From contig CAWBMV010000034.1 in NCBI GenBank assembly GCA_963789955.1, positions 64,001 to 128,000 on the forward strand: a stretch of DNA of 64,000 nt, in the 5' to 3' direction. The notes under the pieces were generated by a model, which saw nothing but the letters and a program-made list of their open reading frames with translations, did not search any database and was not told the origin of the DNA. Positions 1-9,400 of this stretch are shown piece by piece. Within the stretch, counting starts at the first letter, position 1. Each line of letters begins with the position of its first letter. A program made the translations under genes and the position numbers. Origin of the DNA: an uncultured Candidatus Rokubacteria bacterium. GTDB lineage: Bacteria > Methylomirabilota > Methylomirabilia > Rokubacteriales > CSP1-6.

Positions 1-1556
1 GCGCGGGCCCAGACACCAAAGCGCGGCGGCACCCTGGCCATCCGGACCTGGGATCCACCGCACTTCGACCCGTTCCAGACGATCTCGTACAAGACGCACA
101 TCGCGCTCAGCTTCACCCACAGCCGGCTGCTCCGGCACAAGGCGGGGCCGAGCGTCGTTCCCGGGACGTTCCCGATCGAGGGTGACCTGGCCGAGTCGTG
201 GACCCAGCCGAACGAGACGACGTACGTCTTCAAGCTGCGCAAGGGCGTCCGCTGGCACAACAAGCCGCCGGTCAATGGACGTGAGCTGACGGCCGACGAC
301 ATCGTCTTCAGCCTGAACCACTTCCTGACCGTCAAGGGCAACGCCAACGCTTACATGCTCAAGTCGGTCGACAAGGTCGAGGCGCTCGACAAGTACACGG
401 TGAAGTTCACGCTCAAGGAACCGTTCGTCTGGTTCCTCGACATGCTCGCGAACCCTCATGCGGTCGCGATCGTGGCCAAGGAAGTCGTCGAGAAGCACAG
501 CGGCGACCTCAAGAAGTGGGAATCGGTCATCGGCACCGGCCCCTGGATGCTCGACTCGTACCGCCCGAACGTCGGGCTCACGCTACGTGCGCAATCCGAG
601 CTACTTCCTGCCGGGCCTCCCGTACATCGAGCGCATCGAGGCGACGGTGGACGAGGACAACGCGTCGCGAATGGCGGCGTTTCTCAGCGGCAAGTACGAC
701 CTCGGCTGGGAATTTCCGGGCACGATCAATCGGGTCGATTGGGTGCAGATCAAGGACAAGCTCAAGCAAAGTAGACCGAAGCTCCAGACGGTCGAGTACC
801 CGTCGCCGGTGATGAGCCACATCTCGATGCGCACCGACCAGAAGCCGTTCAGTGACGAGCGAGTCCGCCAGGCCATGTCGTTGGCCATCGATCGCCAGGC
901 GATCATCGAATCGGTGTTCGAAGGTGTCGGCGCGGTCAACCCGGCGGTCCCGGCCGCGCTCCGGGAGTGGTCGATTCCGCTCGACAAGCTCGGCGAGGGC
1001 GCCAAGTACTACAAGTACGACCCGGCCGAGGCCAAGCGGCTGCTGGCCGCCGCCGGCTACCCGAACGGGTTTCCGGGAACGATGTGCTTCACGACGTACG
1101 GCTCCACGATCCTGGTCGACTCCATGCAGCTCGTGCAAAAGGATCTCAAGGCCGTCGGTATCGACGTCAAGATCGACCAGAAGGAGTACGGCGCCTACAT
1201 CGCGACCTGCTTCTACGGCAAGTTCGACTCGATGACATACGGACCGCAGACGGGCTTCCTCGAGCCCGACAACTTCCTGTTCGGCCAGTACTACCCGGAG
1301 GAGCTGAAGAACCAGAGCCACATCAACGACCCGGTGGTGGCCGACATGCTCGTGCGCCAGCGGCGGACGTTCGACGTGGCCAAGCGGCGCGAAATCATTT
1401 ACGACATCCAGCGCCACCTGGCCAAGAAGCAGTACTACGTGCAGATGCCGTCGGGCATCTACATCGGCGGTGTGGGAAGGCGCGCTCAAGAACTACGGGC
1501 CGAACATGGGCTACGACTACGGCGGGCGGCTCATGGCCGCGTGGCTCGATCGCTAG
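1..1556 (+). CDS. ABC transporter substrate-binding protein, family 5 (peptide/nickel); 5'-truncated by window edge, frameshifts near 585 and 1470
   Basis: LAESW..TYVFKLRKGVRWH, IGTGPW and PFSDERVRQAMSLAIDR motifs spread over three frames; ends ..LMAAWLDR* at 1554-1556. Confidence 0.9.
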
Positions 1557-1574
1557 CCGGATGTTCACCCGCTC

Positions 1575-2519
1575 GTGCTGAGGCGGTACCTCGCCAAGCG
1601 GCTGCTGGTCGCGATCCCGTCGCTGCTGATCGCGTCGCTGATCGTTTTCACGCTCCCGCGGCTGATCCCGGGCGACGTCGTGGTGCTCATGCTGGCCGAG
1701 AAGGCGTACGCGAAGGACCTCGACGAGCTCCGCGCCAAGCTCGGCCTCGACCGGCCCCTGCCGGTGCAGTACGTCGAGTGGCTGGGCCGGGTCGCGCGCG
1801 GTGATCTCGGCGAGTCGCTCTGGACCAAGCGGCCGGTGCTCGAGGAGATCGGCCAGCGCCTCCCCATCACGTTCGAGCTCGCCATGTTCGGGTTGTTCTT
1901 CGCGCTGCTGATCGCGATACCGGTCGGCCTCATTTCCGCCGCGCGCCAGGACACGATCCAGGACTACGTCGCCCGGAGCGCCGCGATCCTCGGGCTCTCG
2001 GTGCCCGGATTCTGGCTCGCGACGCTCTTGATCGTGCTGCCCGCGATCTGGTGGGGCTGGCGGCCCGTCTCCGGCTTCGTCGAGTTCTCGCGCGATCCGG
2101 TGGGCCACGTGACCCAGCTCCTGCTGCCGGCGCTGATCCTCGGGATCGCGACGGGCGCCGCGCTGATGCGCCTGACCCGGGGGATGCTGCTCGAAGTGCT
2201 GCGGCAGGACTACGTGCGCACGGCATGGGCGAAGGGGCTCTCCGAGCGCGTGATCGTCATGAAGCACGGCCTGCGGAACGCGATCATCCCGGTCGTGACT
2301 CTGCTCGGCACTCAGCTGCCGCAGGTGATCGGCGGCACCGTCATCATCGAGACCGTATTCGGGTTGCCCGGCATGAGCCGCTTCCTGTTCGACGCGATCA
2401 ACCAGCGCGACTATCCGGTGATTCAAGGCGTCAACCTCGTCGTCATCTCGCTGATCGTGCTGATCAACCTCACGATCGACGCGCTCTATGCGGTCCTCGA
2501 TCCGCGGATCCGGTATTAG
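1575..2519 (+). CDS. ABC transporter permease, DppB/OppB-like
   Basis: EAA loop DYVRTAWAKGLSERVIVMKHGLRNA; C-terminal LDPRIRY. Confidence 0.93.
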   Translation: MLRRYLAKRLLVAIPSLLIASLIVFTLPRLIPGDVVVLMLAEKAYAKDLDELRAKLGLDRPLPVQYVEWLGRVARGDLGESLWTKRPVLEEIGQRLPITFELAMFGLFFALLIAIPVGLISAARQDTIQDYVARSAAILGLSVPGFWLATLLIVLPAIWWGWRPVSGFVEFSRDPVGHVTQLLLPALILGIATGAALMRLTRGMLLEVLRQDYVRTAWAKGLSERVIVMKHGLRNAIIPVVTLLGTQLPQVIGGTVIIETVFGLPGMSRFLFDAINQRDYPVIQGVNLVVISLIVLINLTIDALYAVLDPRIRY

Positions 2520-2610
2520 TCGAGTGGGGCGGGCCAGAACGTGAGCACGCGCGTCGAGATCCCGCAGCAGGTCGCGCCGGCGAACGCGTCGCACGCGCGC
2601 GCGGCCGTTC

Positions 2611-3474
2611 GTGGCGGGGCAGCGTCGACACCTGCGAATGCTCGGAAGATTCGCACGACGCAAGCCGCTCGGCGCGATCGGCGCCGCCATCGTCGTCGCG
2701 CTGCTGGTCATGGCGGTGTTCGCCGAGCAGATCGCGCCGTACGGGTACGACGAGACGATTCGCGGCGCCCGCATGCAGTCGCCCTCGGCGACGTACTGGC
2801 TCGGCACCGACAACCTGTCCCGGGACATCTGGAGCCGCATCGTCTACGGCGCGCGCGTCTCGGTCACGGTCGGCTTCGCCACCGTCGGCCTGGCCGTCGT
2901 CCTCGCCACCACGGTCGGGGTCTCGAGCGGCTATTTCGGCGGAATGTACGACCTGGTGGTGCAGCGCGTCGTCGACGCGTGGCTCTCGTTTCCGTACCTC
3001 GTCATCGTCTTGTCGGTGATGGCGGTCCTGGGCCCCGGGCTCTTCAACGTCGTGCTCTCACTCGCGATCATCATCGCCGCCGTCAACTCGCGCGTGATCC
3101 GCGGCGCGACGATCACGGTCGCTCACGGGACGTACGTCGAGGCCGCGCGGGCGGTGGGCTGCGGGCACGCGCGCATCATCGTGCGCCACATCCTGCCGAA
3201 CGTCATCGCGACGATCATCATCCTGGCGACGATCGGCCTCGGCACCGCGATCCTGGCCGAGTCGGCGCTCTCGTTCCTCGGCTTCGGCGTGCCGCCGCCG
3301 TATCCGGCGTGGGGCGCGATGCTCTCGGGCTCCGGCCGGACGTACATGTTCCGCGCTCCGTGGATGGCCATCTGGCCCGGCGTCGCGATCTCGCTCGCCG
3401 TCTTCGGCTTCAACATGCTCGGCGACGCCCTACGCGACGTGCTCGATCCGCGGTTGCGTGGCAGTGCGAGGTGA
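2611..3474 (+). CDS. ABC transporter permease, DppC/OppC-like (start uncertain)
   Basis: LGTDNLSRDIWSRIVYGAR, YVEAARAVG..HILPN, GDALRDVLDPR. Confidence 0.92.
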   Translation: MAGQRRHLRMLGRFARRKPLGAIGAAIVVALLVMAVFAEQIAPYGYDETIRGARMQSPSATYWLGTDNLSRDIWSRIVYGARVSVTVGFATVGLAVVLATTVGVSSGYFGGMYDLVVQRVVDAWLSFPYLVIVLSVMAVLGPGLFNVVLSLAIIIAAVNSRVIRGATITVAHGTYVEAARAVGCGHARIIVRHILPNVIATIIILATIGLGTAILAESALSFLGFGVPPPYPAWGAMLSGSGRTYMFRAPWMAIWPGVAISLAVFGFNMLGDALRDVLDPRLRGSAR

Positions 3475-3544
3475 GCGCCGTCGAGGCGCGAGCCGAGCCC
3501 AATGATAAAAATGGAAATCACGGCTGCGCGTATCAACCATGAAC

Positions 3545-3573
3545 TTGACGTCCCTCCACCTCGGGAGTAGACA
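3545..3573 (+). promoter_or_regulatory. Possible sigma70-type promoter
   Basis: TTGACG-N17-TAGACA upstream of the structured 3580-3810 region. Confidence 0.4.
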
Positions 3574-3579
3574 GGAACT

Positions 3580-3812
3580 ACGGTGACGCGATCGGATGTC
3601 GCGCGCCGTCGTGGGCCCACGCGAATCCAGGAGGTGTTGTATGGAGCAGACACCACCGGACTTGTTAGCCGCGCCCCACGGAGCCTGCTAGCGGCTCCGA
3701 GCGGCGCCCGCGAGTTGCAGTAATCCACTCCCGACGCAAGTTGGGACGCGCAGCCCGGTCTGCGCAACATGAAAAGGGGAGTCCGTGGGCGAGCACGTCT
3801 CGCCCACGCCCC
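3580..3812 (+). ncRNA. Candidate structured RNA or leader containing an RBS-led 43-codon ORF with an internal TAG
   Basis: Several hairpins including a GCAA tetraloop, possible long-range pairing, terminal GC hairpin; family not recognised. Confidence 0.4.
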
Positions 3813-4866
3813 CGATACTCCCCGGTGCCTCGAGAAAGAACGCGGCCGCTTGCCCACTGACCTGTTCCTCGTCTCCTCGGCGTGGCCGTCGGATTCGCTC
3901 GCTCAGGTCGTGCCGCCCTCGTGCGCCCGCGGTGTTCTCCCGGCTCCTGCCATCACGCCGGACCGGGATGACCTGCTCGTGACGTTTCCAGAGTGGCGAC
4001 CCCGGCAGCCCGCTCACCGCCTGGTGCCGTCGCTCAGCGCGCTTGGCACGAGCCCGCTCGGCTTTCGCTTCGAGCTCTCGGCGTTCGCGGCCGGCGCTTG
4101 GTCGCCCTGGATCGCCGGCGCCACGGTGGGGCGAGCGGGATTCGCCGCGGGCACCGCGCGTTCGGCGACCCTCGTGTGCGAGATCGATGAGTTCATCGCG
4201 CACCCGCCGGCCGAGCGCGTCCGGATGGTCCTGCGCGCGAACGCCGACGGGCCGGCCGCCTCGCTATCCCCGTGGTGCGCGTCGTTGTCCTCGTGGAGTC
4301 CCGGAGGCGAAGAGTCGCTCGGCGCCGGCGGCGCCCGCCTGGTCGTTCCGGCGCTCAGCCAGATGGAGGAGGCCGCCACGATCCGACATCGCGTCTGCTC
4401 GCCGACGTGCGTGGCGATGGTGCTCGGGTACTACGGTCGTCGCGTGGCGGTCGCGGACCTCGCCCGCGAGATGTTCCAGCCTGAGCTGGATATTTATGGT
4501 GTGTGGCCGGCGGCGATACGGGCCGCGGGTCGCCTCGGGATCGGTGGCTACCTCCTGCGCTTTCCCGACTGGGGCGCCGCGGCGTGGTGTCTCGAGCGTG
4601 GCATGCCGGTGATCGCGTCGGTTCGCTACGGCCCGGGCGAGCTGAGCGATGCGGCGATCGCGGAAACGACGGGACATCTGCTCGTGCTGACGGGCTATGC
4701 CGGAGACGACGTGTTCGTCAACGACCCTGCCGCGCCCCGGGCCTCGGAGGTCGTGCGCCGCTATCGGCTCGACGAGCTCCGCCGGGTCTGGCTCACGCGC
4801 TCGGGCATCGGCTATGTGCTGTTCGGCGCGACCGCGCCACCGCGGGACGCCGCGCCCGGGCGTTGA
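3769..4866 (+). CDS. Peptidase C39-like (C39_2) family protein; true start possibly TTG near 3850
   Basis: SQM..VCSPTCVAMVL (catalytic Cys), GHLLVLTGY, VFVNDPAA. Confidence 0.8.
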   Translation: MKRGVRGRARLAHAPDTPRCLEKERGRLPTDLFLVSSAWPSDSLAQVVPPSCARGVLPAPAITPDRDDLLVTFPEWRPRQPAHRLVPSLSALGTSPLGFRFELSAFAAGAWSPWIAGATVGRAGFAAGTARSATLVCEIDEFIAHPPAERVRMVLRANADGPAASLSPWCASLSSWSPGGEESLGAGGARLVVPALSQMEEAATIRHRVCSPTCVAMVLGYYGRRVAVADLAREMFQPELDIYGVWPAAIRAAGRLGIGGYLLRFPDWGAAAWCLERGMPVIASVRYGPGELSDAAIAETTGHLLVLTGYAGDDVFVNDPAAPRASEVVRRYRLDELRRVWLTRSGIGYVLFGATAPPRDAAPGR

Positions 4867-4904
4867 GTGGTCCCACGTTCTGGGTGCGATACAATGCGAC
4901 GAGT

Positions 4905-5168
4905 ATGCGCAACAAGCTGACATACGGTGTCTTGCTCGTGGCGCTCGCGACGAGCGCGTGCGGCGCCGACAGCCGCGAGTGGATGAAGCTCGATTCAGCG
5001 TACACGACGGCGGAGTTCCGGCGTGACTTCCAGGAATGCACGGTCAAGGGCAAGCTCGACGACGACTGTATGAAGTCACGCGGCTGGGTCGCCGTCACTC
5101 CGCCCAAGGGCGAGCAGAAGAAGGAAGATCCGCTCTCGATGCCGGCCGGCCGCAGTCCTCGCCGCTAG
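4905..5168 (+). CDS. Small putative lipoprotein, 87 aa
   Basis: MRNKLTYGVLLVALATSAC lipobox; two further Cys (QEC..DCMKSRGW); TACAAT at 4890-4895. Confidence 0.7.
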   Translation: MRNKLTYGVLLVALATSACGADSREWMKLDSAYTTAEFRRDFQECTVKGKLDDDCMKSRGWVAVTPPKGEQKKEDPLSMPAGRSPRR

Positions 5169-5638
5169 ACGGCGCCGCTCTGCTCCTCCATCGGCATGTG
5201 ATCGGCCAGCCGCGAGGCGATGACGCGCACGCGGTCCAGCTCTTCCGAGTCGCCGGCACGTGAGGCGAGCCCTTCGGCGACGCGCATGCACTGCTCCACG
5301 GTCGAGCGATCGCCGAGCATCCCGAATGCCTCCGCTGCGTGCAGCACGCCGTTCAGTGAACGCTGCTGGCGAGCCCGGAAGAACGCGATCCAGTACGTCT
5401 CGCGCGCGCGCGCCGCGGCATCACGCGCGAGCCCGGGGAAGGCGGCGAGACGGAGCGAAGCGCTGGCGACGGTGAGGAGGCCGAGCCACCCGGGGTGGCT
5501 GAGCGCGGCCGAATACGCCTGTCGCCACGCGCGCACCGACTCGCCGGGGTCGCCGCTCAGCAGCGCCTGGTCCATGGCCTGAATGTGGGCTGTCCAGGGG
5601 CCGAGCGTCTCGACCTTGCCGAACATGGGTCGCGCCAT
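5165..5638 (-). CDS. Hypothetical helical protein, paralog of 5736-6308
   Basis: GGAGGT RBS before ATG 5638; shares W..AY.AAL..W.G..VA / AR..Y..A.FRAR..SL.GVL..A..F..LGDR..V.QC.RVA with its neighbour. Confidence 0.8.
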   Translation of the reverse strand: MARPMFGKVETLGPWTAHIQAMDQALLSGDPGESVRAWRQAYSAALSHPGWLGLLTVASASLRLAAFPGLARDAAARARETYWIAFFRARQQRSLNGVLHAAEAFGMLGDRSTVEQCMRVAEGLASRAGDSEELDRVRVIASRLADHMPMEEQSGAV

Positions 5639-5735
5639 CACTGCACCTCCGTCACGCCGTCCGCGTCGCGCGGCGCCTACCGTTTGTAAGAGCTCCATCG
5701 AATCATCCTCTGTGTGAAGTGAAGTGGGCACTGCA

Positions 5736-6308
5736 CTATGGGGTCAGATCCCCGTTTTCGATTCCCGCGGCGCTGGCAGCCCAGCGCTCCGTGAAGGCGC
5801 GGAGGTGCTCCGCGGCGTACGGATCTCTGGACTGGGCGACGACCCTCTGCGCGACGCGAATGCATTGCGCGACGACCTCACGGTCTCCGAGCTCGGCGAA
5901 GCGGTCGGCGGTGATCAGCACACCCGCGAGCGATCCTTCGCTCCGCGCCCGGAACAACGCCGTGAGATAGGCCTGGCGGGCCTTCGCGACCGAGGCTGCC
6001 CGGAATCCCGCCCGGGCCCCCAGGGCTCGATAGGTGTCCGCGACCGCCACCATGCCTTCCCAGTGACGGCTCTTCAGCGCGGCCGCGTAGGCGTCGCGCC
6101 ACAGCAGCTCGGCTCTAGTGAACTCATTTGCAGCCATGGCCTGCTCGACCTTGAGGAGCCGGGCCTGCCAGGCGAGCTGGGCCTCGGTCCCGATGGCGTG
6201 ATCGGCGAGGACATCTTTGACCGTCGCCGCCAACACCATCGGTCCGAGCGTCGAGACGATCGCTGGTAGAAACAAGCAGAGCCAGCGGCTCGACCAGAGG
6301 TCCTTCAT
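5736..6308 (-). CDS. Hypothetical helical protein with hydrophobic N-terminus, paralog of 5165-5638
   Basis: GGAGG RBS before ATG 6308 (MKDLWSS); shared motif with downstream gene. Confidence 0.8.
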   Translation of the reverse strand: MKDLWSSRWLCLFLPAIVSTLGPMVLAATVKDVLADHAIGTEAQLAWQARLLKVEQAMAANEFTRAELLWRDAYAAALKSRHWEGMVAVADTYRALGARAGFRAASVAKARQAYLTALFRARSEGSLAGVLITADRFAELGDREVVAQCIRVAQRVVAQSRDPYAAEHLRAFTERWAASAAGIENGDLTP

Positions 6309-6334
6309 AACGTCCTCCATGAACGCGGTGATAA

Positions 6335-6350
6335 CGCAAGGCCGATACCA
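6335..6350 (-). promoter_or_regulatory. sigma54 (-24/-12) promoter
   Basis: Minus strand TGGTATCGGCCTTGCG = GG-N10-GC with TGG and TTGC; divergent from a sigma54 activator. Confidence 0.7.
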
Positions 6351-6461
6351 TCCGGAAATCATCGTTAAAACAGAGTGTTATGAGCAACCGTTCGAACGGG
6401 ACGGACTTCCGCTGGTCAAGAGTTGAACACCGTACTGACCGGCGAGTAAGATGCGGGAACC

Positions 6462-9400
6462 ATGAAGCACCTGGCGGACCTGCTCGGTGAAAGTCCGGGC
6501 ATCCAGGCGATTCGTGATCAGATCGCGAGGCTCCTGACCCGGCAGCAGGATGCGCGCAGGCTGCCGCCGGTGCTCATCGAGGGCGAGACGGGGACCGGCA
6601 AGGGGCTCCTGGCCCGTGCGATTCATCGCGCGGGACCGCGACCCGACGGTCCTTTCGTCGACGTCAACTGCGCCGCAATTCCGGAAACTCTGCTCGAGGC
6701 CGAGATGTTTGGCTTCGAGAAAGGCGCGTTCACCGACGCCCGGCGCTCGAAGCCGGGCCTGCTTCAGACGGCCCATCGGGGGACGATCTTCCTCGACGAG
6801 GTCGGGCTTCTGTCCGAAGGGCTCCAGGCGAAGCTCCTCAAGGTACTCGAGGAGCGGAGCGTGCGCCGGCTCGGCAGCACGCGCGACGAGCCGATCGACG
6901 TCTGGATCCTCACCGCGACGAACGAGAATCTGAAGTCGGCGATCCAGGGGCGCCGCTTCCGGGAGGACCTCTACCACCGTCTCGCCGTGCTGACGCTCTC
7001 GCTGCCGCCGCTCCGCGAGCGCGGCGACGACATCCTCATGCTCGCCGAGCACTATCTCGGTCGAGCCTGCAACGACTACGGCGTGTCGGCGAAGACCCTG
7101 GCCGCCGACGCGCGGGCGGCGCTGCGCGCGTACCCGTGGCCGGGCAACGTCCGCGAGGTCGCCAACCTGATGGAGCGAGTCGCGCTGCTCTCGTCGGATC
7201 CGACCGTGACCGCGGACGCGCTCGGGCTGACGGCGGTCGCGCCGACGAAGGCTGCCGCCGCGGTCACGACACCAGCGGGATCGCCGAGCTCGCTCGACGA
7301 CGCGGTTCGCGACCGGGTGTCCGATGTGCTGAGTCAGACCGGCTGGAACATCTCGCGTACCGCGGCGCTGCTCGGAATCTCGCGAAACACCCTGAGGGCT
7401 CGCATCGACAAGTATGGGCTCCGCGTGGGCGAGGCACCGGCGCCGCCGCCACCAGCGCCGCGCCCCGAGCGGCGGCCGGCCCGCCGCGCTGAGCCGACTC
7501 AGGTCGCTCCCGATGAGGCGGCTGCTCCCGCGGTGGCTGCGCCGCCGCCCGCGCCGGCAGCGCTCGAGTGGGAGCGCCGCCGCGTCACGATGCTGCGCGC
7601 GTCGCTGCTCGCCCCGTCGGCGCCGGAAGCGCTCCTCCAGACCAATCGCGCGCTCGAGCTGTTGCTCGACAAGGTCCGCAGTTTCGGCGGCACGATCGAG
7701 GGTCGCGGACCGACCGGAATCGCCGCCGCGTTCGGCCTCGACCCGACGGAGGACGCGCCGAGCCGCGCGGCGCACGCCGCGATGGCCATCGTCAATGCCG
7801 TCACGCGCGCCCGGCAGGACGCCGGAACGGGTGCCGCCATCAAGGTCGGTGTCCATACGAGTCCGATTCTCGTCGGCCGGGGCACGGGCGTGCCCGAGCT
7901 CGATCTCGAAGGCAAGCAGGCCGCGCTGAGCGTGCTGAACACCTTGATCGGGCGCGGCGACGTCGACAGCGTGATGGTGAGCGAGGCGACGGCGCCGTTT
8001 CTCACGCGCGGATTCGAGTTGCGTGAGCTGGACGGCGAGGAGTACGGGCGCGGGCGCGTGTACACCCTCGTGGGGCGCGGGCGAATGGGCCCCGGTCAGG
8101 CCGGACGCGCCTCCACGTTCGTCGGGCGCAATCGCGAGCTCGAGCTCCTGTCGAGCCGCCTCGAGTCCGCGATGCGCGGCCGCGGGCAGATCGTCGGGAT
8201 CAGCGGCGAGGCGGGGATCGGCAAGTCGCGCTTGATCTTCGAGTTCCGCGAGAGCCTGACGGGCAAGGGGGTGACGTGTCTCGAAGGCCAGTGCCACTCG
8301 CACGGCACCGCGGTGCCCTATCTTCCGATCCTCGACCTGATCCGCGCGGCCTGCGGCATCGAAGAAGGCGACGCGCCCGGGGTCATGGCCGACAAGGCAC
8401 GCTCCACCCTCCTCGAGGCCGGCATGGACCTCCTGGAGACCGCGCCCTATGTTCTGCATCTCCTCGACATCGAACAGGACCCGGAGCGCTTTGCGGCAAT
8501 GACCCCCGACGTGACGAAGGCGCGGATCTTCGACACGCTCCGCCAGCTGACGTTGCGGAAGAGCCGGCAGGCGCCGCTGGTCATCGTGGTCGAGGACCTG
8601 CACTGGATCGACGGCACGTCCGAGGAGTACCTTGCGTCGCTCGCGGAGATTATCCAGGGAGCCCGCGTGCTCATGGTGTGCACGCACCGCGGCGGGTTCC
8701 GACCCTCCTGGATCGAGAAGTCGTATACGACGCAGGTCGCGCTCCAGCCGCTCGCCCCCGAGGAAAGCCTCCACATCGTGAGGTCGGTACTCGGCCCGGA
8801 CGAGCCGGCGGATGCCCTCTACGAGCTGATCGTGGTCAAGGCCGAAGGCAATCCGTTCTTCGTCGAAGAGCTCGCGCGGACCGTCCGCGAGCAGATCGGC
8901 GGCGCGACGCCGATGACGGTGCCCGACACGGTCGAGGAGGTCCTCGGCGGCCGTATCGATCGGCTCGCCCCTGAGGAACGGCGACTGCTCGAGGTCGCGG
9001 CGGTCGTCGGCAAGGACGTGCCGTTCGCGGTGGTCCACGCGGTGGCCGGGCTGACCGAAGACAAGGTCCGACGGATATTCGAGCGTCTCAAGAGCGCCGA
9101 ATTTCTCTACGAGACGAGCCCGGGGCCGGACACCGAGTACACGTTCAAGCACACCCTGACCCACGAGGTCGCGTACGAGCGACTCCTCCCGCAAGCGCGG
9201 CGCGCTCTGCACGCGCGGATCGTCCAGGCGATCGAACGCCTCTATGAGAATCGGCTGGTCGAACAGGTCGACCAGCTCGCCGATCATGCGCTGCGCGGCC
9301 ACGTGTGGGCCAAGGCCGTCGACTATCTGCGCCAGGCAGGGGCGCGCGCGGCGGCCCGCTCGGCGCACCGGGACGCGGTCACGCATCTCGAGCAAGCGCT

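Noticed and set aside
3769..4866. C39 peptidase as a bacteriocin leader peptidase
   Set aside because: Stand-alone C39_2 type with no ABC exporter and no double-glycine precursor nearby
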